64,000 nucleotides of DNA from a virus. Below, in pieces: positions 27,606-37,241 of the stretch. Made by a program: the position numbers and the translations under genes. The stretch is from IMG/VR virus record IMGVR_UViG_3300048592_000443, positions 5,947 to 69,946 of that record. The stretch is one strand, 5' to 3'. The notes below the pieces were generated by a model. That model searched no databases. It saw nothing but the letters and a program-made list of their open reading frames with translations, and had not been told where the DNA came from. Numbering within the stretch: position 1 is the stretch's first letter; every line of letters starts with the position of its first letter.

Positions 27606-29162
27606 CTAGAGGAGCGCACTTGCACCGATCAGCAGCACGCCGTCAGTACCGGCGGCGCCGTCGCGCCCGGCAACCCCGAGAAAGGCACAGTTGAGATCGG
27701 GCGTGCTGTTCGGCACCGCGACGCGGTTGACTTGCTGGAACGAAGGCCATCCCTGCACCCGGCTACTCAACTCGCCGTTGCCAACATCGGCCCAATCGTG
27801 ACCGCCGTTCAGGGTCGCCTGAATGCGCGCGGCCGGGGTTGCCGTGTTGTACACCGTGTACCCAACCTCAGGCGTTGCGAACACGATATCGGTGATGGTA
27901 CTCGCACCCGCAATCGCCTGCTGCGCCCAACTCACCCCGGCATTGCGGGTGTAGTAGCGCGAGGCGCCGCCCACCCACCAGTGATACGCATCCTTGACAC
28001 TGACCGCCGTCAGGGCCGCCGCACCGGGCGCAGCGCTCGCGGTCTGCCACGATGTACCACCGTTCGCGCTATAGACCACGGTCGCGGCGGCGCCCACGGC
28101 AACCAGGGTAGAGGCCCCGTCGCCGTGAATGCGGTTGAGGTTCTGCGTGGTCGCGTCGCCCGCGTCGAGGGTCGTAACGCCCTGGGTGACGCTGGTCAGG
28201 CTATAGATATAGCCGCCATCGCCAACCAGATAGGCCTGGAACGGGTTTGCGACGAAAATATCGTTGGGCTCTTTCGTCGCGACGATGCCGGTTGTGACTT
28301 CGGTGAAACTGCCGAGGGTGCCGTCAAGCGAGTTGATCGCCGCATAGGCGTAGGAACCTGCGTCATTCGAGACGACGATCAGGTAATCGCCCATGATGTC
28401 GATTGCCGAGGGCTGCTCACTCGTGGTGAGATAGGTGAGCGGATACTGATAGACCGTGGTTGCGCCTGTCACCGCGTCGCGGTTAACATACACAACCTCG
28501 GCTTGCAGGCCGGGTGAGGCGGCGCCGCTGCTCTGCGTCACGGCATACAGGCGGGTCGCGCCGTCATCGGCCGGGCCGCAGTTGCCGCAGTTCACCCCGC
28601 CGCCCCATACCACGTCAACCACCTCGCGGTCAACCCCGGTCGCGGCCTTCTCGCCAAACGATAGGCGCCCAACCTTGTACATCTCGGCGATCTTGAGACT
28701 GTACGCATTGGTCAGCGCCTCGTCGCCGTCCTGGGGAAACACGTCGCCGCCGTCGCGGTCCTCTGCGATACAGCCGCCGTAGACTTCCACGTAATCCCAA
28801 CCGTTATTGAAATCGGCCAGGCTCTTGCAGTTGCCCACGGGGCGATACAGGTTGAACTCGCAGCCTTGCTTGCCGAGGTCGCGCGGCACAAAGCCGATCT
28901 TTTCCATCAGGGTCAGATTGGCCGTGCCGAGATCGGGCTGTGACCGCTGCCGGCCCACGATCTGATACCTGTCAGTGACGACGGGATCTTTGACGTAGAT
29001 CGGGTCAACCGACCCGTAACTCTCCGACACGCCGTCAAGCATCGCGTACTGTGCATTCAGCCCGTAATAGGCCCATGCGCTGTTGGGGAATGGCCCGCCG
29101 ATCTGAAAGAACAGGCGGTTCATTCGCTGCGTATAAATGTCGCTCCGAGTGAGACGCGGCAT
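27606..29162 (-). CDS. Probable major tail protein with C-terminal BNR/beta-propeller domain
   Basis: Directly upstream of TAC; strong codon bias; S.NGG.SW / T.NAG.SW / T.NGG..W Asp-box repeats. Confidence 0.6.
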   Translation of the reverse strand: MPRLTRSDIYTQRMNRLFFQIGGPFPNSAWAYYGLNAQYAMLDGVSESYGSVDPIYVKDPVVTDRYQIVGRQRSQPDLGTANLTLMEKIGFVPRDLGKQGCEFNLYRPVGNCKSLADFNNGWDYVEVYGGCIAEDRDGGDVFPQDGDEALTNAYSLKIAEMYKVGRLSFGEKAATGVDREVVDVVWGGGVNCGNCGPADDGATRLYAVTQSSGAASPGLQAEVVYVNRDAVTGATTVYQYPLTYLTTSEQPSAIDIMGDYLIVVSNDAGSYAYAAINSLDGTLGSFTEVTTGIVATKEPNDIFVANPFQAYLVGDGGYIYSLTSVTQGVTTLDAGDATTQNLNRIHGDGASTLVAVGAAATVVYSANGGTSWQTASAAPGAAALTAVSVKDAYHWWVGGASRYYTRNAGVSWAQQAIAGASTITDIVFATPEVGYTVYNTATPAARIQATLNGGHDWADVGNGELSSRVQGWPSFQQVNRVAVPNSTPDLNCAFLGVAGRDGAAGTDGVLLIGASALL

Positions 29163-29171
29163 GGTTGCTCC

Positions 29172-30452
29172 CTAGAACGAATAGCCTAGCACTTGCTGAT
29201 TGTCTTTCACCCGGCGCCAGACGTGGATATGCCCCCGTCTCGTGCCGAATGGATTGTCAAGATCAGCCGTGCTGATAGCGTATGCTTCATCATTCGCGCC
29301 CGCCGTGCGGGCCATGTCGAATTGCCAGTGGTGCAGGCGTTGCCTGACACCTTCGCACGCGCAGATCGGCCCTTCCAGTTCGGCCAGGGCCATGTACGTG
29401 ACGAACTCCTGCCACGACCGATCCATCTGCCCGTTAGTCAATGGCAAGCCGGCGAGGTAGCGAACCTCGGCCCGATCCGGCTCGAAACCAGTTGACCAGT
29501 TGACCCGCAACCACTCGCCCGATGTGCTGTTATAGACAGCCTCACCCGGCGTAACGATGCCGTTTGCCGCGTCCCTGATGCCAACGCGGGCAACGGCCTT
29601 GCCCACGGCGGCAGGATCAGACGCATTCGGCTCATATGGCGAGGCGCCTGAGGTCAGGCACCAGAACGGCCATGGCTGCGTTTCCCAAATGAGCGTTGCC
29701 TGCGCGTCGTCAACGGTCTGCCCATTCGGGTTAATGTACTCGCGATAGATCGTCAGGCTCTCGGCATAGATTGTCTCGTCTGCCGGGTCATAGTAGGTTG
29801 TGGGGTCAACCACGTCGGCATACAGGATCGGCCTGACGATCTGCCAGACGTTACCCCGGATCGTTGCCGTGCCGCCTGAGATTACCACGCTAATTGGCTG
29901 GATCTTCCAACTATCCAGCGGTGCGAGATCATCCCATCGGTCGGCTGTAGTGAAGTAGGCGGCAATCTGCGACGTGTCAGCAACGGTCGTGGTAATCGTC
30001 GCGGTGAAGGTGTCAATCAGCCCGTCGTTATTCGCATCAGACAGGGTGACAGCGGCATCGCCAATGCTCGTGCGCGTGAGCGCGCCGACAGACCGCACCT
30101 GCTTATAGGGCAGTTGCACGCTGATCGCCCGGTCAATCGCGCCCCAATCGCCGTAGCGCCATTCCGTCTGATTGAACCGACGCGGCCACTCGACACTATC
30201 AGTCCGATAGCGCGGCGCAACGTCATACCTGAGCCAGTCGCGTAGTTTGCGCTCCGCAACGTCAATCGCCTGCCTGATGCTTGACCGGCTCATCGCGTAG
30301 GCGTTCTGCCAGTCCTCTTCATACAGCACATCGTCACAGGGGTTGGCGCTCTGCAACGTCGCGTTGTCGAGTTGCCAGAACCGATACGGGTGCATCTTGA
30401 CGATGCGCCTGAACTGTTCCAGTGACAAGAGGGTGACAGGTTGCCCAGTCAT
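29172..30452 (-). CDS. Head-tail adaptor/completion-like structural protein
   Basis: Position; AI..AE..L...L, V.Y.AG and NPFGT motifs. Confidence 0.55.
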   Translation of the reverse strand: MTGQPVTLLSLEQFRRIVKMHPYRFWQLDNATLQSANPCDDVLYEEDWQNAYAMSRSSIRQAIDVAERKLRDWLRYDVAPRYRTDSVEWPRRFNQTEWRYGDWGAIDRAISVQLPYKQVRSVGALTRTSIGDAAVTLSDANNDGLIDTFTATITTTVADTSQIAAYFTTADRWDDLAPLDSWKIQPISVVISGGTATIRGNVWQIVRPILYADVVDPTTYYDPADETIYAESLTIYREYINPNGQTVDDAQATLIWETQPWPFWCLTSGASPYEPNASDPAAVGKAVARVGIRDAANGIVTPGEAVYNSTSGEWLRVNWSTGFEPDRAEVRYLAGLPLTNGQMDRSWQEFVTYMALAELEGPICACEGVRQRLHHWQFDMARTAGANDEAYAISTADLDNPFGTRRGHIHVWRRVKDNQQVLGYSF

Positions 30453-30778
30453 TACGAGCCGCCTATCTGGAACAGGAAGAGCACGCCGCCGGCAATGGGC
30501 AACCACAGCCCGAATGCAGTTGCGACCGGGGCGCCTGCTACCTGAGTGACAAGGAATGCCGCCGGGAGCGCAAGCCAGAATGAGACGCAGAGCGGGCAGG
30601 CCAGCCCGCGCGCAATCCAGTGCGAGCGGCGCCGGTTGCCCTCGGCGTTGTCTGGCAGTCGAGATGCCGCCGCCCTGAGCCGGTCAAACACGTCGAATGG
30701 CCCTTCCTCGCGCGTGACCATCATGGCCAGTCGGTAGACGGCTAGGATTGCAGCGGTTGTGAACAGGGCGAGTGTCAT
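30452..30778 (-). CDS. DUF1360-like membrane protein
   Basis: YRL...EEGPF..F..LR...L.CP.C.SFW. Confidence 0.75.
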   Translation of the reverse strand: MTLALFTTAAILAVYRLAMMVTREEGPFDVFDRLRAAASRLPDNAEGNRRRSHWIARGLACPLCVSFWLALPAAFLVTQVAGAPVATAFGLWLPIAGGVLFLFQIGGS

Positions 30779-30794
30779 AGAAAAAGGCTGATGC

Positions 30795-30810
30795 GTGCGA
30801 CAGGTCGCAC
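30795..30810. promoter_or_regulatory. Operator copy (perfect) forming the tip of a terminator-like hairpin
   Basis: GGCTGAT..GTGCGACAGGTCGCAC..ATCAGCC with a U-tract on the minus strand. Confidence 0.7.
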
Positions 30811-30842
30811 AGATCAGCCGTCAAAGCGGGCGGATATTCGTT

Positions 30843-30966
30843 TGTAACCTCGTCTCTCCGAGGCGTCACGCCTGTACTGCCTACGCGACACGCTATCTCT
30901 ACAGGCCAGCGTTTACCTGTATTGAACCACGGTCGCAACGGGCATCGCAGATAGCGGCAGTCGCCA
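30843..30966 (-). ncRNA. Candidate structured RNA (multi-stem + pseudoknot + GAGAGA hairpin)
   Basis: Non-coding gap after TGCTATAAT; pairings ACTGCC/GGCAGT, CGCTATCT/AGATAGCG, TACAGG/CCTGTA, TGTCGCGT/GCGTGACG, CCTCG/CGAGG. Confidence 0.5.
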
Positions 30967-30991
30967 CCTGAATTATAGCATAGCCGTCAAC

Positions 30992-31007
30992 GTGCGACAG
31001 GTCGCAC
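30992..31007. promoter_or_regulatory. Operator copy (perfect) at -35 of a minus-strand promoter
   Basis: GTGCGACAGGTCGCAC; TGCTATAAT at 30980-30972; overlaps upstream TAG. Confidence 0.75.
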
Positions 31008-31411
31008 TAGCGGGGCGGCACGAACTCCGGCCAGTGCCAGGTGCCGCCGGCCGGCGCCTCTGTTGCGTCGTGCCAGGCGACCGCAGTAAAGGGCGGCTCG
31101 TTCACTGGAAAGACAGTAAGCGCCTGCATAGTCACCTCGCCTACGCCCTCAGGCACGGTGAATGCCGGATCGGTGATGATTGCCGGAACATGCTTGTCGC
31201 CATACACGAAATGCACAACCCGACCCACGCTCGGAACCTGCTGCGGCTGACCCTGGTAGGGGTTTGCGATATTCTTCTCACTCACCTTGCGTTTCTCCTG
31301 TCGCTTTTTCCACTCATCAGCGGCATACAGCGCGTATGCCGGATCGTCACCCCGTCTGATGTGCCGATAGTAAATATCCTGCCAGGTGGAAGGGCGGCGC
31401 GACACTGTCAC
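31007..31411 (-). CDS. Conserved small phage protein (true start may be internal)
   Basis: PSVGRVVHF...AIIT...L.VF...WHWP pattern. Confidence 0.65.
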   Translation of the reverse strand: MTVSRRPSTWQDIYYRHIRRGDDPAYALYAADEWKKRQEKRKVSEKNIANPYQGQPQQVPSVGRVVHFVYGDKHVPAIITDPAFTVPEGVGEVTMQALTVFPVNEPPFTAVAWHDATEAPAGGTWHWPEFVPPR

Positions 31412-34263
31412 CCCTGCTTGCGCGGGCGCCCGCGCTGCTTGTGCTGCTGCGCCTTGTTCTCGACGGCCCGATCAAGCGCCGCCTTGTCGAATGCCGCCGC
31501 GATCTCTGCGGCATCTGCGACTGGCGCATCGTCGTCACTCGCCGCCGCCGCGCGCTCTGCGGCAAACTGCGCCGGGGCGGGTGCTGTGACGCGCTGTGCG
31601 GGCTCAGGAGCGGCGATAGGCGCCGGGGGCGGCTGATGCGACACGGGCGCGGGCGCGGGGCTCTCAGCGGCGTCTAGCGCCCTCCGAAAGCCGATGCCCT
31701 CCATAAAAGCAACATCTTCATTCCAGACGGCGATTAGGCGCTGATCGCCACCGTAGGTGTAGCGCACGGGTCGCCCGTCAACGCGCTTCGTGCGGCTTTG
31801 CACGTTGGTCGTACCGGCCTTGTTGCCGGTATACTCCATAAGGGTCTGGCCCGCTTGCAGGTCCATACTCATGATCTCCCCTTCCGTGAGTGACTGTCGT
31901 ATTCGCATCAAGGCCGCGCCAGACGGCCCGCAACCGCATGCCATCGGTTTTACTCCCTCGTATCTGCCCCGGATCAGCGGTGCAAGTTTCTCGCCATTGG
32001 CCCATGCCGCATTCCGTTGCGTGCCTGAATACTTCCGATAGCCGAGCAAGGCGCCGGGTTGCCTGACACCGCAGAAACCACGGGCGGCGAGCTTCGCGAA
32101 GAAATCCCAATCTTCCCAACCCGGCAACGCCTCGTCAAAGCCGTCAACCGCTCGCGCCCATTCGGTAGGGACAAGAGCGGTAACGGCGTGCTGACCCTTC
32201 ACGAACCAGGCCTGCGGGTCATACTCTGGCGCTTGGTCCTCCCACGGGTCGCGCCCCTGTTCAAAGTTGACCCAATCCGAGTACACATACTTGCCGGTCA
32301 AGGCTTGCTTTTTGAACATCAGGCGCAGCGCATCAGGATCGGCTAGCCAATCATCGGCATCAAGGAACAGGACCAGCGGCGCAGTTGCGGCATGCAACCC
32401 CAGGTTGCGCGCGGCGGCAGGCCCGCGCCCGCCCTCGGTCTGCAACACCTTGCAGAACGGGTATGCGGGCAGATCAAGATCCTCGCCGCTGTCATTCACG
32501 ACAATACATTCCCATTGGCGATAGGTCTGCATCAGCAGGCTATCAATTGCGCCGGGCAGGTAGCGGGCGTGGTTTGGCCCAACGGGAATGATGACGCTGA
32601 TCAGCGGTCGCGCGTAACTCAGGACCGTGGGCGGCTTCTCGGAGGGTGCTGCGAACGGGAATTGACGGTCGCGCATCCAGGGGTGATAGCCCGAATAGTC
32701 GAAATAGCGCCGTGTCTTACTGGCGCCCCCCGCGTGATTGCGATACCAGATCCATGGCTCGTCTGCCACCTTGCGCGCGGCGTAGCCGACTGAGAGCCCG
32801 CGCGTATAGAACTCGGCATCTTCACCCGGCGCAAACACCTGACGATAGCCGCCGGCCCGTTGCCAGAGTGAGCGCCGGAACATCGCCGCCGTTGGCACAC
32901 AGGTGCGCGGGGGATTGCCCGGCGTGCTCTGATGCTCCCAATCAAAGGCGGGCGGGAATGCCGAGGGCGTGACCCTGCCATCGTCGGCAAGCAAGCCAAG
33001 GCCAGTATACGCAATGCCGAGGGCGCGATCTGCTTTCAAGGCGGCGCGGCAGACCCGAATATAGTCAGGTGCGAGTTGATCATCTGCGTCGAGACAGATC
33101 ACATACTCGCACTCGGTTGCCGCAACGCCGTTGTTTCGCGCGGCGGCTACACCTTGATTGGACTGAGGAATATAGCGCACGCCAGCGGCGGCATGCACCG
33201 CTAGTGCATCAAGCGCAACATCATCGGTATGGTCTGTGCTGCCATCATTGACAATGACAATTTCGTCAGGCGCATCAGACTGCACTAGCAGACTGTCAAC
33301 GGCGCCTTTCAAGTATTGACCATAGTTATAACTGGTCACAACCACACATACCCGGTGCCGCTCGCGCGCCTTCTCCTCTGCGATGCGATGGTACAGATCA
33401 ACATAGGCGCGCATGGCCGCGTCCCATGTGCATGATACGCCTGTGATTGCGGCATTCTGGCTGTACTGCTGCCAGTTATCCATCAGCGCATAATAGCCCT
33501 GGTATAGCCCCTCGGTGTCGCCGGGCTCGACAAGCCAACCCGTAATACCGTGTTCTACCAGATCGGACGTGCCACACCAGCGATAGCCGAGGATTGGCAC
33601 GCCGGCCGCCATCGCCTCTAGCGTGCCAATGCCAAATGTCTCAGGCGTCGTTGCGAGGTATACCGAGGCGTGTCTGATGAACGTCCGCATTTTGTCGTGA
33701 GGCTGCACGCCAATCACGAACAGGGTTTCAGGTCGCGTGCCGGCGTCACCAAAGGTCGTGATGACTGGCACGCCGCGCCGCGCAAGCGCACAGGCCGGGC
33801 GCGGGTCGCATACGTCACTGCTACGGCTCTTATTCCACAGCGCATAGCCGCGCCGCTCTTCTCTCGACAGGGGTGCCCACTCGGCCGGGTCAATGCCATG
33901 GCCGATGACGAGCGGATCGAGGCGCATATCGCGCTTGAACGTCTCTGCGACCCAGGGCGAGGGAACGGTGATCACGCGAGCGCCGCGCGCCGTCGCCGCA
34001 ATACGCTTGTTCGCCTCGTAATGCCAGGCCTGATACTTCTCGTGCGGCAAATCCTCAACATACAGCCCGTGGCAGTGCAGCACGTCAACGTTGCGCCCGT
34101 TGCTCTCGATATGACAGGCGGTTACATCTGCCGTATCGGGCGATCCGACCAACTCAACCCCATAGCGCGGCAACAGGTCATACTGCGCCTTGACAATGCG
34201 ACCAATGCCGTTGTTGTCGTCAACGGCAGTCGGGTCAGGAGTGAGGTGTAGGCGGAGGGTCAT
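31408..34263 (-). CDS. Multidomain glycosyltransferase (GT4 + GT2 + GT2 + C-terminal domain)
   Basis: ETFGIGTLEAMAAGVP (GT-B); two V.I..Y/V...VND.S...ARN.G...LDADD...ED GT-A domains. Confidence 0.9.
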   Translation of the reverse strand: MTLRLHLTPDPTAVDDNNGIGRIVKAQYDLLPRYGVELVGSPDTADVTACHIESNGRNVDVLHCHGLYVEDLPHEKYQAWHYEANKRIAATARGARVITVPSPWVAETFKRDMRLDPLVIGHGIDPAEWAPLSREERRGYALWNKSRSSDVCDPRPACALARRGVPVITTFGDAGTRPETLFVIGVQPHDKMRTFIRHASVYLATTPETFGIGTLEAMAAGVPILGYRWCGTSDLVEHGITGWLVEPGDTEGLYQGYYALMDNWQQYSQNAAITGVSCTWDAAMRAYVDLYHRIAEEKARERHRVCVVVTSYNYGQYLKGAVDSLLVQSDAPDEIVIVNDGSTDHTDDVALDALAVHAAAGVRYIPQSNQGVAAARNNGVAATECEYVICLDADDQLAPDYIRVCRAALKADRALGIAYTGLGLLADDGRVTPSAFPPAFDWEHQSTPGNPPRTCVPTAAMFRRSLWQRAGGYRQVFAPGEDAEFYTRGLSVGYAARKVADEPWIWYRNHAGGASKTRRYFDYSGYHPWMRDRQFPFAAPSEKPPTVLSYARPLISVIIPVGPNHARYLPGAIDSLLMQTYRQWECIVVNDSGEDLDLPAYPFCKVLQTEGGRGPAAARNLGLHAATAPLVLFLDADDWLADPDALRLMFKKQALTGKYVYSDWVNFEQGRDPWEDQAPEYDPQAWFVKGQHAVTALVPTEWARAVDGFDEALPGWEDWDFFAKLAARGFCGVRQPGALLGYRKYSGTQRNAAWANGEKLAPLIRGRYEGVKPMACGCGPSGAALMRIRQSLTEGEIMSMDLQAGQTLMEYTGNKAGTTNVQSRTKRVDGRPVRYTYGGDQRLIAVWNEDVAFMEGIGFRRALDAAESPAPAPVSHQPPPAPIAAPEPAQRVTAPAPAQFAAERAAAASDDDAPVADAAEIAAAFDKAALDRAVENKAQQHKQRGRPRKQG

Positions 34264-34538
34264 TGCGGTAACTCCGGCAATCCTTCACCTTTTTTCAGGC
34301 TTTCAATTGCAACTTGCCACGCCGCACGCCATATCATTTGATTGGAGTGCGGCATCTTGGCCGCATACGCTACAATGCAAGCGTCATAGGCTTTTACTTC
34401 CTCAAATGGCACGCCAAGGCATACCGCCTGATGCCATGTTTGCTCTTGATCTGCAAGCATTTCATACTGCGCACGTACATCAGCCGGTAAAACTCCCATA
34501 GACAGAGCAAGGCTTTGTAGTAATTTTCCGTGCATCAC
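34260..34538 (-). CDS. Hypothetical protein (lower GC)
   Basis: Overlaps both neighbours by 4 nt. Confidence 0.55.
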   Translation of the reverse strand: MMHGKLLQSLALSMGVLPADVRAQYEMLADQEQTWHQAVCLGVPFEEVKAYDACIVAYAAKMPHSNQMIWRAAWQVAIESLKKGEGLPELPQ

Positions 34539-35089
34539 TTCACCCTGAATGAAATCAGCGTGTCAACAAACGACACTTGCTCATATCTGCCGACAAGCAA
34601 TTCCTTGACGGCCTTATTGACGCCGTGCCAAACCTTGACTTTTTTCTCGTAATCATGAACGGCCATAATGCCGCCCGGCTTGATATGCCGTAACCAGATA
34701 GTAATATCGCCTTTGGCCTCGTGGTACTGATGGCCGCCGTCAACAAACACGAGGTCAACCGGGCCATACTCCCAACGCTTACCGACTTCCTTGCTATCAC
34801 CGTGGATTTGCGTATGGCGCGGGTCGCCCCAGAAGCCGGCCGATCTGAATACCGCTTCCTCGCCTTCCAGACAGCCAAAGGGGCTGCTTTCCTTCTGAAT
34901 GTCGATTGTGAAGAGCCTGAGATCGGGGCGCGCTTCCATAAAAGCCAGGCCTGATGTGCCGTTGCCGGCGCCAATGTTTACGATTGACGCATGCTCAGGC
35001 AGGGAGCGGGCCATCTCCTGTAGTGCGTCAACCTCGGCATGGGTCAGGTAGTTTGTCCAATCAACAACGCTATGTGCGGTATGGCCCAT
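34535..35089 (-). CDS. Class I SAM methyltransferase (Methyltransf_24-like, probable sugar O-MTase)
   Basis: NIGAGNGTS, DLVFVDGGH.Y, PGG.MAVHDY. Confidence 0.85.
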   Translation of the reverse strand: MGHTAHSVVDWTNYLTHAEVDALQEMARSLPEHASIVNIGAGNGTSGLAFMEARPDLRLFTIDIQKESSPFGCLEGEEAVFRSAGFWGDPRHTQIHGDSKEVGKRWEYGPVDLVFVDGGHQYHEAKGDITIWLRHIKPGGIMAVHDYEKKVKVWHGVNKAVKELLVGRYEQVSFVDTLISFRVK

Positions 35090-36280
35090 CTATGCCGCCT
35101 TTCGCATAACAAGCGAATTGACACCCTCAGTGATCACTTCCGCCATATAGGTAATGTCGCTTGCGGTCAAATCCTGGTGCGAAGCGACGTAAAAGCCGCT
35201 CCGGTTAACCCAGTCGGCAACCGGATAGTGCGACGGGTCGCACCAATCAGCATAGGCGGGCTGATTGGTAAGCGGCAACATCTCGCGCGTTTCAATGCCG
35301 CGCTCTTCTAGATACGCGCACAGCGCGTCTTTAGGCGCGTGCCTGATGACCAGGGGCAGCATCATAAAGGCATGGCCGGTGTGCGGTCGCACCTGAGGCA
35401 ACTGCAACAGGTCAGAGACAGGATTGAGCGCGTGGCACAGGGCCATGGCATTGGCCCGCCGCTGTGCGATCATCTCCTGCCAGGTTTCGAGTTGTGCGAG
35501 GCCTAAGGCCGCTTCTAGTTCGGTAATCCGAAACGAATGTCCGATGCGCTCAAAGCGAAAGCGCTTGCTGATGACTTCGCGCAACTCGGCGCCGCTCTTG
35601 CCGGCGTCGTCGTCAATCGCGATATAGATCCCATCGCGCCCGTGGTTGACGAGCGAACGCATCACGGCGGCGATCTCAGGGTCATTGGTTGTCGCGATGC
35701 CGCCCACGCCCGTTGTCAGCAGGTGCGCAACGTAGGTCGAAAAACAGCCTACGTCACCCCACGAGCCGGCCGCGCGCCCGTGGTGACTGACAAACATGCA
35801 TTCGCAACTATCCTCGATAACCGCAAGGCTGTGCTGTGCAGCGAGAGCCTGCACAGCCTTCATATCACACGGCATGCCGAACAGGTGTACCGGCAGAATG
35901 GCGCGCGTGCGCGGCGTGATGGACGCCTCAATCTGGCGTGCGTCAATGCCGTAGTAGCCTGGTTCCACGTCAACCAGCACAGGCGTCAAACGGCAGTGCA
36001 GCACAACATTAACGGTCGCAACAAAGGTGAGCGACGGCACGATCACTTCGTCGCCGTCTGCCCACCCGTGCAACTCTTTGAGGGTTTGCAGAGCTACTTG
36101 CAGACTTGAGGTGCCGCTATTCGATAGCACGGCATAGCGGCTATCGTGCAAGGCGGCGAACTGCTGTTCAAAAGCGCGCGACATGGGGCCATAGGAGATG
36201 CGCCCGCTGTCGAGTACCTGATTGACCAGCTCGCGCATGCGCTCAGTGGTGCGAAAGGTGCCAACGCCGATTTGCTTCAT
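35090..36280 (-). CDS. DegT/DnrJ-family PLP/PMP enzyme, ColD/E1-like 3-dehydratase type
   Basis: NSGTS.L, PVHLFG, IEDSCE; FSTYVAHLLTTG has His where aminotransferases have the catalytic Lys. Confidence 0.85.
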   Translation of the reverse strand: MKQIGVGTFRTTERMRELVNQVLDSGRISYGPMSRAFEQQFAALHDSRYAVLSNSGTSSLQVALQTLKELHGWADGDEVIVPSLTFVATVNVVLHCRLTPVLVDVEPGYYGIDARQIEASITPRTRAILPVHLFGMPCDMKAVQALAAQHSLAVIEDSCECMFVSHHGRAAGSWGDVGCFSTYVAHLLTTGVGGIATTNDPEIAAVMRSLVNHGRDGIYIAIDDDAGKSGAELREVISKRFRFERIGHSFRITELEAALGLAQLETWQEMIAQRRANAMALCHALNPVSDLLQLPQVRPHTGHAFMMLPLVIRHAPKDALCAYLEERGIETREMLPLTNQPAYADWCDPSHYPVADWVNRSGFYVASHQDLTASDITYMAEVITEGVNSLVMRKAA

Positions 36281-36546
36281 TGAAATCTGCCGCCTTCATG
36301 ACGTGTGCTTACGGGGGGATATACGGTTATGCGCTCACTAAGCGCCGCGATAATCAAATCAGCGCACCGCTCTGCCGAACTCCCTACTTCCGGTCGGATT
36401 GCATCAACGATGATGCGGCGCCATTCGCGGGTCAAATGCTCGTGCTGCGCCTCAATTGCCGCTTTCGCGGCGTCTCCGTACACATCGCCCATCTTATCAA
36501 CACGAGGAAGCCATAAAGTAAATCTTGTATTCATTCCACACCCCAC
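36277..36546 (-). CDS. Hypothetical protein
   Basis: Operonic overlap. Confidence 0.5.
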   Translation of the reverse strand: MGCGMNTRFTLWLPRVDKMGDVYGDAAKAAIEAQHEHLTREWRRIIVDAIRPEVGSSAERCADLIIAALSERITVYPPVSTRHEGGRFQ

Positions 36547-37241
36547 GGCTTAAGATAGCCGAGTGCGGTCAACTCGGCAACGTCTGACGGGTCAAGTTCG
36601 TCAAGTAGCAGTTTGGCACTATCGCCACCTCGAAATGCCAGGGTATGACGCACGGGCCATACCCGCGAACCGAGGACGATCATTTCGTCGCGCATCGCCC
36701 GTAGGCGCGGCGTGCCGTTTAACTCGACTTCCCATGGCGTCTCGCCCGGAATGAGCACACGGCGCAGGTTGCGCGGGCTCCAGATAGCGGTCATCAGCGA
36801 CATATGATACTGGCTCTCGGGGTCAGACCAGATCAGATCCAGATGACCGCACTTGCCGTAGAGGCTTGCGCCCTGCGCGTGTAGCCTGTCGCCGGTCAGG
36901 TCCATACGGCAGACGTAGCCGAACTGGCGGCAGTAGTCTGCGAGCATACGCACCGCCTCAACCTGCACCGGGCGCGTAATCCAGTAATCTTCGAGCATCA
37001 AGGCGAAGGGCTCGTCAGGGATGACGCTCAGGAGTTTCAGCAGCGCGTCTGACCAGCGGTTGACCGGATAGTCAGAGAAGGTGCCAAGGCTCAGGAAGTC
37101 GGCAAACGGGGGTAACTCGAAATCAGGCGACGTGAAGCCGCAGACTGTGACCGTCTGCCCCGGCCAGTATTTACCGAACAGCCAGAGAAACGGCCGCACG
37201 GCGGGAAGATATTTATCCGAGGTCATCACATACACGCGCAT
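36531..37241 (-). CDS. Putative GT-A-like glycosyltransferase
   Basis: S..Y...F.KYWP, WS..L, LMLEDYW, PWE.E motifs; cluster context. Confidence 0.55.
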   Translation of the reverse strand: MRVYVMTSDKYLPAVRPFLWLFGKYWPGQTVTVCGFTSPDFELPPFADFLSLGTFSDYPVNRWSDALLKLLSVIPDEPFALMLEDYWITRPVQVEAVRMLADYCRQFGYVCRMDLTGDRLHAQGASLYGKCGHLDLIWSDPESQYHMSLMTAIWSPRNLRRVLIPGETPWEVELNGTPRLRAMRDEMIVLGSRVWPVRHTLAFRGGDSAKLLLDELDPSDVAELTALGYLKPWGVE

